DNA of 32,715 nt from Cyanobacteria bacterium P01_D01_bin.156 (GTDB lineage Bacteria; Cyanobacteriota; Cyanobacteriia; Phormidesmidales; Phormidesmidaceae). Of this stretch, positions 19,888 through 29,162 are shown piece by piece (within the stretch, counting starts at the first letter, position 1; each line of letters starts with the position of its first letter). The notes under the pieces were generated by a model. That model was not told the DNA's origin. It saw only the letters and a program-made list of their open reading frames with translations, and ran no database searches. Both the position numbers and the translations under genes were made by a program. The DNA is taken from NCBI GenBank assembly GCA_039024555.1, contig JBCCQQ010000067.1, positions 1 to 32,715 of the forward strand. The letters are read 5' to 3'.

Positions 19888-20138
19888 CCAAAACCACAGA
19901 AAATCTTCTAACAGCACCCTTTCTAGCCGGAGCGGGTAATAGACCTATTGGAATTAATCAATAAACCCCACTATTTAAATTTCATGGACGCTTCGCAATC
20001 CCAACTACTATTAAAGCGAGTTATCAACGTAAAAGCCGTTGTCACTCCCATCTGGAAAGAAGAAGCCCAGAACCAGCTGCAAAAGCAGATTAATGATGTT
20101 GACAAGCGTTTACAGCAGCTCGAAATGCAGGGCCAGCG
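19888..20138 (+). repeat. About 250-bp direct repeat (copy 1) of the ylqD upstream region and 5' coding end; copy 2 is at 20793..21044
   Basis: Aligns by eye from CCAAAACCACAGAAAATC to GGCCAGCG. Confidence 0.92.
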
Positions 20139-20166
20139 TAGTGAGGTGACACCACGAGACCGTTAG
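19984..20166 (+). pseudogene. Truncated YlqD-family gene (first 52 codons, then the unrelated tail SEVTPRDR*)
   Basis: Near-identical to the N-terminus of 20890..21330. Confidence 0.85.
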
Positions 20167-20422
20167 GTGTTTTGTGGGTATGCAGGAAGTCGTAGATGCT
20201 GGCAGCAAATCCATAGAATACTGAACAGCCATCAGTCGGGTATATCAATCCTTCATGCATTGGGAGCTTCCTTTACTTTGGGCTCATGAAAAACGTGATA
20301 AAACCTCCGTGCTTTAATCGTTACAGCATGATTGTAGTCGGTGCCAATATGTGCGGTGTGGAAGCAACGTTGGCCGCTGGGCTCGACTTCCTCTGTTCAT
20401 CTCAGTTGCAAAGGAATTTCTA

Positions 20423-20596
20423 ATGTCTAAGCAAGTTCAAACTCCTAAAACCATTAAGACAGCTCTCTGGCAGTCCATTTCTGACCAGCAAGCAGAATCT
20501 ATGAAAGGTGGCAGTATAATGCGACTTCCCAACGGACAACCGTTTTGCACTACAACCAAGTCAAAGATGGGTAATGCTGCATGGTATTCTCACTGA
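20423..20596 (+). CDS. Putative double-glycine-leader precursor peptide 4 (57 aa): MSKQVQTPKTIKTALWQSISDQQAESMKGG|SIMRLPNGQPFCTTTKSKMGNAAWYSH
   Basis: AAGGA SD before the ATG at 20423; paralogous leader and FC-x-x-TK-x-x-M core motif. Confidence 0.78.
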   Translation: MSKQVQTPKTIKTALWQSISDQQAESMKGGSIMRLPNGQPFCTTTKSKMGNAAWYSH

Positions 20597-20674
20597 GCAA
20601 AGTTAATCCTCAAGGATCAAATGTCGGCTGACACTAGCCGATTTCATAAGACATTGCTTAAATAAAGCCTGTGC

Positions 20675-20715
20675 ATCACTAGAGGCACCTACGAGAGGTG
20701 CCTCTAGTGATTTTT
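20675..20715 (+). terminator. Intrinsic terminator after peptide block B
   Basis: Perfect 16-bp stem ATCACTAGAGGCACCT / AGGTGCCTCTAGTGAT plus TTTT; homologous to the 19795 hairpin. Confidence 0.85.
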
Positions 20716-20889
20716 GAGTTATGTTCTATAGCGCTATGTGACAACCAGTCAGATTTGCCAAGAAGAAACCCTGGTTGTCATCCCTGATGATTCCAAAACC
20801 ACAGAAAATCTTTTAATAGCGACCTTTCTAGCCGGAGCGGGTAATATACCTATTGGAATTAATCAATAAACCTAACTATTTTAAGTTTC

Positions 20890-21330
20890 ATGGACGCTTC
20901 GCAATCTCAACTACTTTTAAAGCGAGTTATCAACGTCAAGGCCGTTGTTACTCCCCTCTGGAAAGAAGAAGCCCAGAATCAGCTGCAAAAGCAGATTAAT
21001 GATGTTGACAAGCGTTTACAGCAGCTCGAAATGCAGGGCCAGCGCATGGTGGGTGAGCTTCAAAAGCAAGAGAGTCAAGAAGCTGTCCAAAAGCAGATGG
21101 CGGCTGTTCAAAGCAAGCTTAATGAAGAAAAAAATAAGCTGCTACAGCAAAAGAATCAGGTCCTACAGCAGCTTCAACAAGTACAGACCTTGGAACTGAA
21201 TAAAGAAGTAAGCCAAGGTCAAATCGACGGCTTTTTTAAGGCCGCCCAAGGTGACAACCTGGTTAAAAAAATGCAGGTGGAAATATTGCTACGGGATGGC
21301 GTTATCGAAGAAATTCGCGGTGAGCTGTAG
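20890..21330 (+). CDS. YlqD-family coiled-coil protein
   Basis: LLLKRVINVKAVVTPLWKEE...MQVEILLRDGVIEEIRG, Gln-rich coiled coil, located between aas and pdhC. Confidence 0.85.
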   Translation: MDASQSQLLLKRVINVKAVVTPLWKEEAQNQLQKQINDVDKRLQQLEMQGQRMVGELQKQESQEAVQKQMAAVQSKLNEEKNKLLQQKNQVLQQLQQVQTLELNKEVSQGQIDGFFKAAQGDNLVKKMQVEILLRDGVIEEIRGEL

Positions 21331-21369
21331 GTAGCCTGATCAATGCTCTTGATAGATTCTCTAACAGCG

Positions 21370-21398
21370 CCAGTCGTTTATACGCGGCTGGTTTTTTT
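21370..21398 (+). terminator. Intrinsic terminator after ylqD
   Basis: CCAGTCG / CGGCTGG stem followed by T7. Confidence 0.75.
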
Positions 21399-21596
21399 AT
21401 GAGTACTTAATCTAATGACACAAAGTCTTTTAGAATAAGATGCTGGCGTGCTGCTATTACATTTGTCAGATTAGTTTGAGTGATAAGGATAGCTAAAGGT
21501 CCTAAATTACAAGGCTAGCCTGACTAGCAATCGATGAATCTGATTGCTGTAGGGTTCGCTGTCGCATATGTTGTCCACCCGTCTCGGAATTTTCCA

Positions 21597-22880
21597 ATGA
21601 TTCGCGAAGTGTTCATGCCTGCCCTGAGCTCCACCATGACTGAGGGAAAAATTGTGTCTTGGACCAAGGCACCTGGTGACAAGGTAGAAAAGGGCGAAAC
21701 CGTCGTTATTGTTGAGTCCGATAAGGCTGATATGGACGTTGAATCGTTCTATGAAGGCTATTTGGCCACCATCGTTGTGGAAGCCGGTGGGGTGGCAGCT
21801 GTGGGTAGTGCGATCGCGCTACTCGCCGAAACCGAAGCTGAAATTGAAGAAGCCAAGAAACAGGGAGCTGCCGCTGCTGCTGCTGCCCCTGCTCCCGTTG
21901 CTGCCGCTGCCCCTGAACCTGTGGCTGCTGCCGTTGCTGCTCCCGCTGCTGCAAATGGTAATGGGGCTGCCCCCAGTGGCCGGTTAATCGCCTCACCCCG
22001 CGCCAAGAAGCTGGCAAAGCAGCTCAAGGTTGACATTAAAACATTGGTTGGTTCTGGCCCTCACGGTCGCATTGTGGCCCAGGACGTAGAAAAAGCAGCT
22101 GGCAAAACACCTACGCCCGTAGCCGCTGCAGCTCCCGCTCCCGCTCCCGTCGCTGCAGCTCCCGCTCCCGTCATTCCTGCAGCTCCCACTGCAACACCAC
22201 CGGTACCTGGTCAGGTAACTGCGTTCAATACTATGCAGCAGGCCGTGGTGCGCAACATGAACGCCAGCCTGTCGGTGCCCGTCTTCCGCGTTAGCTACAC
22301 CATTACCACCGATGCCCTGGATGCCCTATACAAGCAAATTAAACCCAAGGGGGTGACTATGACGGGGCTGCTGGCAAAGGCGGTGGCCATGACCCTGGTG
22401 AAGCATCCCGTCATTAACGCTAGCTATACCGATGCCGGTATTCAGTACAACGGCAGCATTAATGTAGCAGTAGCAGTAGCCATGCCCGACGGCGGTTTGA
22501 TTACTCCCGTTCTACGCGGTGCGGACCAGATGGATATTTACTCCCTATCTCGCGCTTGGAAAGATTTAGTCGCCCGTTCTCGCAGTAAACAGCTGCAGCC
22601 TGAGGAGTATTCCACCGGTACCTTTACGGTGTCTAACCTGGGTATGTTTGGCGTGAATAGCTTTGATGCGATCTTGCCTCCTGGCACGGGCTCCATTCTG
22701 GCCATTGGTGGCTCTAAGCCCACGGTGGTTGCGGATGCTAACGGCATGATTGGCGTGAAGAAGCAGATGACGGTTAATATCACCTGTGACCACCGGATTA
22801 TCTACGGTGCTGACGGTGCGGCCTTCCTTAAGGACTTGGCAGAGCTGATTGAGAACAATCCCCAGTCGTTGACCTTATAA
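21597..22880 (+). CDS. pdhC: Pyruvate dehydrogenase E2, dihydrolipoamide acetyltransferase
   Basis: MPALSSTMTEG, lipoyl motif ESDKADM, Ala/Pro linkers, E3-binding ASPRAKKLA...GSGPHGRI and catalytic DHRIIYGA. ATG at 21597. Confidence 0.95.
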   Translation: MIREVFMPALSSTMTEGKIVSWTKAPGDKVEKGETVVIVESDKADMDVESFYEGYLATIVVEAGGVAAVGSAIALLAETEAEIEEAKKQGAAAAAAAPAPVAAAAPEPVAAAVAAPAAANGNGAAPSGRLIASPRAKKLAKQLKVDIKTLVGSGPHGRIVAQDVEKAAGKTPTPVAAAAPAPAPVAAAPAPVIPAAPTATPPVPGQVTAFNTMQQAVVRNMNASLSVPVFRVSYTITTDALDALYKQIKPKGVTMTGLLAKAVAMTLVKHPVINASYTDAGIQYNGSINVAVAVAMPDGGLITPVLRGADQMDIYSLSRAWKDLVARSRSKQLQPEEYSTGTFTVSNLGMFGVNSFDAILPPGTGSILAIGGSKPTVVADANGMIGVKKQMTVNITCDHRIIYGADGAAFLKDLAELIENNPQSLTL

Positions 22881-22962
22881 ATCCCGTAGGGTGCCACCCA
22901 TTTATCTTTCAGGTCTGCTGAATCGACATTAGGCTGGAACAGCCCACTTTTTCAAAAACAAT

Positions 22963-23006
22963 AAGCCCTATATTTGTATCTTTTCGAAGATACAAATATA
23001 GGGCTT
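22963..23006. terminator. Long hairpin between convergent pdhC and oxoprolinase genes (probable bidirectional terminator)
   Basis: Perfect 20-bp stem AAGCCCTATATTTGTATCTT / AAGATACAAATATAGGGCTT with a TTCG loop. Confidence 0.78.
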
Positions 23007-23098
23007 CGCTCTTTCTACGAAAGTAGAAAAGAGTGCAAAACTTTGTAAGAAAATTGGCTGAAGCGACTGTCTCACAAAGTTTTCAAGCGTAGACAGCT

Positions 23099-26000
23099 TT
23101 ATAAAGATCCAAAACCACCACCACCAGGAGTTTCAATAACAAACACATCATTAATCTCCATGGCAATCTGGCCATTGCTGCCAACCGATTCAACAGTGCC
23201 GTCAGCTCGCTCAACCCGATTACACCCCGTCTTTCCGGACTGACCTCCCTGCAAACCAAAGGGAGTTACCTGACGATGGCCAGAGATAATTGCAGCCGTC
23301 ATCGCTTCCCGAAACTGAAGACGCCGAACAACGCCATTGCCTCCCACATATTTCCCAGTTCCACCGCTGCCAGACCGAATCGAAAAATCCTCCACCAGGA
23401 CTGGGAACCGCCACTCCAACACCTCTGGATCGGTGAGCCGCGAGTTAGTCATCTGGGTTTGCACCGCATCGGTTCCGGCAAAGTCAGGACCAGCCCCAGA
23501 GCCCCCACAGATAGTCTCGTAATACTGATATTGCTCATTACCGAAGGTGAAATTGTTCATGGTGCCCTGACTAGCGGCCATGGTTCCCAAAGCGCCGTAG
23601 AGGGCATTGGTTATGGCTTGGGAGGTTTCCACATTACCGGCAACTACAGCGGCTGGATAGTGCGGATTTAAGAGACATCCCTCGGGGACAACAATTTCCA
23701 ACGGTTCAAGACAGCCTGCATTCAGGGGGATATCATCATTGACCAGGGTGCGAAATACATAGAGTACCGCTGCCTTGCACACGGCTAGGGGGGCGTTAAA
23801 GTTGTTCTCCTGTTGGGGAGATGTGCCCGTAAAGTCAATCCGGGCTGACCGTTTTTCTGGATTAATGGTGATAGAAGGACAGATTTTGGTGCCATTATCT
23901 GTAGTGTAGGTAAACTCTCCATCTGAGAGCACATCAATTACCCGACGTACTGCCTCAGCCGCATTATCCTGCACATATTGCATATAGGCCTGCACCTGGT
24001 CTAGACCATAGTGGCCAATCATCCGCTGCAGTTCTTGAACACCCCGTTTATTGGCGGCCACCTGAGCCTGTAAATCCGCCAGGTTCTGAGTTAAGTTCCG
24101 TACCGGATAGGGACCGGACTGTAACAGCTCAGTAATTGCGGCTTCGCGAAATTCTCCCTGCTCAATTAGCTTAAAGTTGTCGATCAGGATACCCTCTTGT
24201 TCAATGGTTTGACTGTAGGGCGGCATGGAGCCGGGGGTAATGCCACCGATATCCGCATGGTGGCCTCGGGAGGCGACGTAAAATAGAGGTGAGCAGTCGC
24301 TTTCAGTAGGGTCTGAAAATACCGGAGTAATCACCGTAATGTCTGGTAGATGGGTACCCCCATTGTAGGGATTGTTCGAGGCATACACATCCCCTGGCCG
24401 GATAGTCTCTCCCTGTTGTTGAATTAGACTAGCTACGCTCTCTCCCATGGAACCCAGATGGACGGGAATATGGGGGGCATTGGCCACCAGCTGTCCCTGC
24501 TGGTCAAAGAGGGCACAGGAAAAATCCAGTCGCTCCTTAATGTTGACAGAATAGCTGGTATTTTGCAGGGTAATACCCATCTCTTCCGCAACGGAACGAA
24601 AGAGATTGTTGAAGATTTCTAATTTAACTGGGTCGGGAGCAGCGGCAGAGTCTTGATCTACAGTCTGCTCAGAGGTGGGCGGCTGGTGGTTAAGAATAAG
24701 GTGATTTTGTGGGTTCAGTCGGGCCGACCAATCCGGTTCAATCACATTGGTGCCGGTGGGTTCAATAATCAGTGCCGGTCCTTGGATAACATCACCAGGT
24801 AGCAGCTCATGACGCTGGTACACAGGCGTTGTGTGCCATTGCCCCTTGGTGTAAACAGGGACTGTGGTGATGGGAGTTAGGGGCGTGGTTCGTTTTTGCA
24901 GAATGGTTGGTTCATCAATAGCGTTGGTCTGGCCAATGGTTTCTACGGAAATGGCCTCTACCATCAAGGCTTTATGGGGCATGGTGAACCCATAGCGCTG
25001 TTTGTAGATCTGCTCAAACTGGGTTTGCATCTCTGTCAGAGACCCCCAGGCAACAATCAGGGCTGAGTCGGTACCGGTATAACGTAGGTGAACGTTCTGT
25101 AGCGTCGTGATGTGTTCAGCAACAATGCCCTGTTCCACCATTGCTTGTTTTCCAGCGTCTGTTAAGGTAGCTAGATTTTTGGTGAGCGATCGCAACGTCT
25201 CCTCTGAAAGTATGGCTTCAATGGCGTGCTCTTTAAGAATACGCAGATCGGCCAAGCCAATGCCGTAGGCAGACAGTACACCTGCCAACGGATGAAGAAA
25301 AATTTGTTGCATACCCAGAGCCTCTGCAATCAGACAGGCATGCTGGCCTCCGGCCCCACCAAAGCTGCAGAGGGTGTACTCGCTGACATCATAGCCCCGC
25401 TGAATGGAGATTTTTTTAATAGCGCTGGCCATTTTTTCAATGGCAATGGATAAAAAACCGGCGGCAACGGTTTCTGGTGGGAGGGGAGTGTGTTGCGAAA
25501 TTTGTTGGGCTAAGGCTTGAAAGCCCTGGACAACAGCGGCTTGATCCAAGGGCAGATCGCCCTTGGGACCAAACACCGTTGGGAAAAAATCTGGCTGCAG
25601 TTTGCCCACCATGACATTACAGTCGGTGACAGTCAATGGCCCACCCCGTCGGTAGCATGCAGGTCCAGGATAGGCTCCAGCGGACTCTGGACCGACTCGA
25701 TACCGGGCTCCATCAAACTGCAGGATGGAACCGCCCCCCGCAGCCACCGTATGGATAGACATCATCGGTGCCCGCAGTCTGACACCGGCCACCTCGGTTT
25801 CAAAGGTGCGTTCATAGCCGCCCATGTCGCCGTTGTAGTGGGAAACATCGGTAGAAGTCCCGCCCATGTCAAAGCCAATGATTTTTTGAAATCCGGCGCT
25901 CTCACAGGTTTTGACTGCGCCGACAATGCCCCCGGCAGGACCGGAGAGAATGCTATCTTTGCCCTGAAACCTCTCTGCATCGGTTAGCCCGCCGTTGGAT

Positions 26001-26764
26001 TGCATAAACATCAGCCTGGGGGCTTTCGAGTCTGCGCAATTCGCCGGAGCTAGAGCCATTTCTACCTGATTCACATAGCGACGCAAAATCGGTGAGAGAT
26101 AGGCATCAACAACGGTGGTATCCCCTCGGCTCACCAGTTTCATCAGGGGGCTGACCTGGTGAGAGATAGAGATTTGGCTAAAGCCAATCCGTTTGGCAAT
26201 AGCTGCCACCTGACGTTCATGGTTGGGGTAGCGGTAGCCATGGAGGAACGCGATCGCACACCCTCTCACCCCTTTTTCATACACCTGGGCCAACTCATCC
26301 ACCCAGTCGCCTTCTGTTTCTAGAATCATTAGTTCTTCACCTTGAGCACTATACCGTTCCGGCACTTCGATCACCTGCCCATACAGCATTTCCGGCAGCT
26401 GAATATGACGGGCAAAAATATCCGGTCGGTTCTGGTAACCAATACGCAGCGCGTCCTTAAAACCCTTGGTAATCAGTAACACTGTGGGGTCACCCTTGCG
26501 CTCCAACAGGGCATTGGTAGCCACCGTAGTGCCCATCTTCACCACCTCAATGTGTTCCGCTGGGATCGGTTCATTCTTTTTCAAGTTAAGAATCTCACGA
26601 ATTCCCTGGATGGGAGCATCGGCATAGCGTCCAGGATTTTCCGACAGGAGCTTATGCACCTGCAGCTGACCATCAGGACGGCGAGCAACAATATCGGTAA
26701 AGGTGCCCCCTCGATCAATCCAAAACTGCCAGCGATTATTTGTAGAGTCCGATAAATAAGTCAT
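23099..26764 (-). CDS. ATP-dependent 5-oxoprolinase (fused hydantoinase A/B family)
   Basis: [64 protein letters not shown] and ETPGGGGFG motifs. ATG at 26764 preferred. Confidence 0.93.
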   Translation of the reverse strand: MTYLSDSTNNRWQFWIDRGGTFTDIVARRPDGQLQVHKLLSENPGRYADAPIQGIREILNLKKNEPIPAEHIEVVKMGTTVATNALLERKGDPTVLLITKGFKDALRIGYQNRPDIFARHIQLPEMLYGQVIEVPERYSAQGEELMILETEGDWVDELAQVYEKGVRGCAIAFLHGYRYPNHERQVAAIAKRIGFSQISISHQVSPLMKLVSRGDTTVVDAYLSPILRRYVNQVEMALAPANCADSKAPRLMFMQSNGGLTDAERFQGKDSILSGPAGGIVGAVKTCESAGFQKIIGFDMGGTSTDVSHYNGDMGGYERTFETEVAGVRLRAPMMSIHTVAAGGGSILQFDGARYRVGPESAGAYPGPACYRRGGPLTVTDCNVMVGKLQPDFFPTVFGPKGDLPLDQAAVVQGFQALAQQISQHTPLPPETVAAGFLSIAIEKMASAIKKISIQRGYDVSEYTLCSFGGAGGQHACLIAEALGMQQIFLHPLAGVLSAYGIGLADLRILKEHAIEAILSEETLRSLTKNLATLTDAGKQAMVEQGIVAEHITTLQNVHLRYTGTDSALIVAWGSLTEMQTQFEQIYKQRYGFTMPHKALMVEAISVETIGQTNAIDEPTILQKRTTPLTPITTVPVYTKGQWHTTPVYQRHELLPGDVIQGPALIIEPTGTNVIEPDWSARLNPQNHLILNHQPPTSEQTVDQDSAAAPDPVKLEIFNNLFRSVAEEMGITLQNTSYSVNIKERLDFSCALFDQQGQLVANAPHIPVHLGSMGESVASLIQQQGETIRPGDVYASNNPYNGGTHLPDITVITPVFSDPTESDCSPLFYVASRGHHADIGGITPGSMPPYSQTIEQEGILIDNFKLIEQGEFREAAITELLQSGPYPVRNLTQNLADLQAQVAANKRGVQELQRMIGHYGLDQVQAYMQYVQDNAAEAVRRVIDVLSDGEFTYTTDNGTKICPSITINPEKRSARIDFTGTSPQQENNFNAPLAVCKAAVLYVFRTLVNDDIPLNAGCLEPLEIVVPEGCLLNPHYPAAVVAGNVETSQAITNALYGALGTMAASQGTMNNFTFGNEQYQYYETICGGSGAGPDFAGTDAVQTQMTNSRLTDPEVLEWRFPVLVEDFSIRSGSGGTGKYVGGNGVVRRLQFREAMTAAIISGHRQVTPFGLQGGQSGKTGCNRVERADGTVESVGSNGQIAMEINDVFVIETPGGGGFGSL

Positions 26765-26803
26765 GGTTGAAGCCAAGCAGAGCCTGGTTGAAGCCAAGCA
26801 GAG
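26764..26803. repeat. Perfect 19-bp direct repeat with 21-bp period
   Basis: TGGTTGAAGCCAAGCAGAG at 26764-26782 and 26785-26803. Confidence 0.9.
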
Positions 26804-26913
26804 TCGATGGAGCTGTTTCACATCACGGGTTAAGAAATCCGTTGCAATCGTGTTTCAGCTGGAGGAAGCCCGCTACCCTAGGTGCAGCCAAGTTATATTT
26901 TGGAGCATTGTGC

Positions 26914-27636
26914 ATGGTTTGGCAGCGTCCGGATAGTCGGCAACCCAACGAACTTCGTCCGGTAAAATTTGAACGGCACTTTACCCGCTACGCAGCGGGG
27001 TCTGTGTTAGCCCACTGTGGCAACACCCAGGTGCTCTGTACCGTATCAGCATCCCAGGACCTACCCCGATGGCTAAAAGATTCAGGCCAGGGCTGGCTAA
27101 CTGCTGAATACCGGATGCTGCCTAGTGCCACACACACCCGCAGCCGACGTGAACTGATGAAACTATCGGGGCGTACCCAGGAAATCCAGCGACTGATTGG
27201 CCGCAGTCTGCGGGCTGCCATTGACCTAGAAGCACTGGGTGAGATTTCCCTAATGGTGGATGCGGATGTAATCCAGGCCGATGGGGGTACACGTACTACA
27301 GCCATCACTGGAGCCTATGTGGCTTTAGAGGATGCCATTGGTAAACTGATTGCTGACGGCACCTTAGAAAAGTCTCCCCTAAAACATCAGATCGCAGCTG
27401 TTTCCGTCGGGTTGTTGGAAGGGGATGCATTTCTCGACTTAAACTACCCAGAGGATGTGGCTGCCGACATTGATTTTAATGTGGTGCTTAATAGTGATTT
27501 GGGCTATGTAGAAGTTCAAGGTACTGCTGAGGCCAACAGCTTTAGCCGACAGCAGCTAAACCAAATGTTGGATTATGCCGAAGTGGGTATTAAGCGACTA
27601 ATGGCGCTACAGAAAGAGGCTTTGTTAGAAACTTAG
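26914..27636 (+). CDS. rph: Ribonuclease PH
   Basis: [41 protein letters not shown] and EVQGTAE motifs. ATG at 26914. Confidence 0.96.
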   Translation: MVWQRPDSRQPNELRPVKFERHFTRYAAGSVLAHCGNTQVLCTVSASQDLPRWLKDSGQGWLTAEYRMLPSATHTRSRRELMKLSGRTQEIQRLIGRSLRAAIDLEALGEISLMVDADVIQADGGTRTTAITGAYVALEDAIGKLIADGTLEKSPLKHQIAAVSVGLLEGDAFLDLNYPEDVAADIDFNVVLNSDLGYVEVQGTAEANSFSRQQLNQMLDYAEVGIKRLMALQKEALLET

Positions 27637-27790
27637 GCCCCATCAAAAACATTTGCTAGACCCATCATCGGGATGAAAAGTTAGCGTGGGCCTGTCAGCT
27701 ATCGTTTAACGGTAGGTTAGGTCTACGCCACTTCACCATTAGGTGTCTGTAAAAATGAGTGAAGAGGAATTAGAGAAAGTAAATAGCTGC

Positions 27791-29011
27791 TTAGATGGCT
27801 TTTGCTTCCTTGCTTGGAGTATTTAGAGAAAGGGCAAAGGCCGCGATCGCAATGGTTAATCCACCCGCCACAAAAAACGGCATGCCATAGCCAAAGGTGA
27901 CCAGTACCCCCGATATGGCTGGCCCTATCGCATTGGCAATACTCAAATACGATGAATTTGTCCCTAGCGTTTCACCCTGTTCCTCCTTCGGTGTACGCAA
28001 CGACAACAACGAGTCGACCAGCGGCATCGGAAACGCATTCACAATGCCAAAGAACACTAGCAACACCCAGAAGGCCTGAATTGTTGGAAATGACGGATAG
28101 AGAATTAACAAAATCCCTCGCAAGATTAACGCCACCACTAACAACGTCACCAGGTTCATACGCTTACGCAACGGTTCCAGCAAGAATACCTGGGAGAGAA
28201 AGGCCAAAATGCCAAAACAAACAAAGGCAAAGGCTAAATTCTTAGTATCTTGCCCAAGCACCGTGATAAAGAACGGTTGAAACGCAAAGGTAAAGACGGT
28301 AAAGGTGGCCCCGTTGAGGAAGGTCATGATAAAAATGCGACCCACTACTGGCTTACGAAATGAGGTAGCCAGACGACCAAAGCCAAAATCAGCAAAGGAG
28401 AGTTTGAGGGTGCGATCGCACTTTGACGGAGGATGGGTTTCCGGTAACACCGCAAAACACAGGATTGCTGCCACCAGCGCCATTAGCGCAGACACCATAA
28501 AACTCATACCCAAGGGGCTTACTCCTGGTAATGGTGGTAGCGTCTGGGCAAAGTATGCCAAAGGTGGCCCCACCACAAAACCCAAACGGAACATGCCCCC
28601 AAAAATGCCAAACGCCTGGGTCCGCTGTTCCGGTGTTGTAATATCACTCACCACCGCCTGAGCCACCGAGTTATTCCCGCCGGTAAGGCCATCCAGCATC
28701 CGCGCTAAATATAACCACCAGGCAAATGGGCTAACCGCCGCCAGTAGGTTAGCCACTACCGTCCCCAGTAAACTTATGACCAAGAGAGGCTTTCGACCAA
28801 TACGATCCGACAAACGCCCCAAGATAGGCGTGCCAAAAAACTGAGATAGGGAAAAAGCGGTTGTCAGCAGACTGGCGGCTAAGTCACTCAGGCCAAACTC
28901 CTTGGCATAGGGATACAGCGTCGGAATGATAATGGTAAAGCTGACAGAATTAATAAATGCCACCAAGGTGACAATCCAAAACTGCAGGGGCAAACGCGAC
29001 TTAGCGGCCAT
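27791..29011 (-). CDS. MFS transporter, TetA/DHA1-like
   Basis: Motif A GRLSDRIGRKP, ARMLDGLTGG, GFVVGP and about 12 hydrophobic segments. Confidence 0.9.
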   Translation of the reverse strand: MAAKSRLPLQFWIVTLVAFINSVSFTIIIPTLYPYAKEFGLSDLAASLLTTAFSLSQFFGTPILGRLSDRIGRKPLLVISLLGTVVANLLAAVSPFAWWLYLARMLDGLTGGNNSVAQAVVSDITTPEQRTQAFGIFGGMFRLGFVVGPPLAYFAQTLPPLPGVSPLGMSFMVSALMALVAAILCFAVLPETHPPSKCDRTLKLSFADFGFGRLATSFRKPVVGRIFIMTFLNGATFTVFTFAFQPFFITVLGQDTKNLAFAFVCFGILAFLSQVFLLEPLRKRMNLVTLLVVALILRGILLILYPSFPTIQAFWVLLVFFGIVNAFPMPLVDSLLSLRTPKEEQGETLGTNSSYLSIANAIGPAISGVLVTFGYGMPFFVAGGLTIAIAAFALSLNTPSKEAKAI

Positions 29012-29162
29012 AGGGTGAAAACATGAAGTTTTGTAACCCTGTCAGAATATCAGGATGCTTGTCGAAGTGTGAAATTAGCAACGCCGCAAAATCATACGGA
29101 ACGAGCCAAACTAAACTTGTTTCAATAAACTATAAGCCCCCGCTTTATAGAGGCCGAATATT

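Noticed and set aside
19100..20720. Repeated units read as a CRISPR array or as type I toxin-antitoxin loci
   Set aside because: The repeats are long, degenerate and protein-coding with no constant repeat-spacer period. The peptides are hydrophilic with GG leaders, unlike single-TM type I toxins.
21826..22200. GCT/GCC/CCC-rich repeats in pdhC and the Gln-rich antisense ORF 21706..22017
   Set aside because: These are the ordinary Ala/Pro linkers of E2 subunits, and the antisense ORF is their shadow.
26767..26913. N-terminal extensions in the ORF track (rph, and likewise pdhC, aas, DUF202 and peptides 1 and 4)
   Set aside because: Family similarity or SD position points to downstream ATGs.
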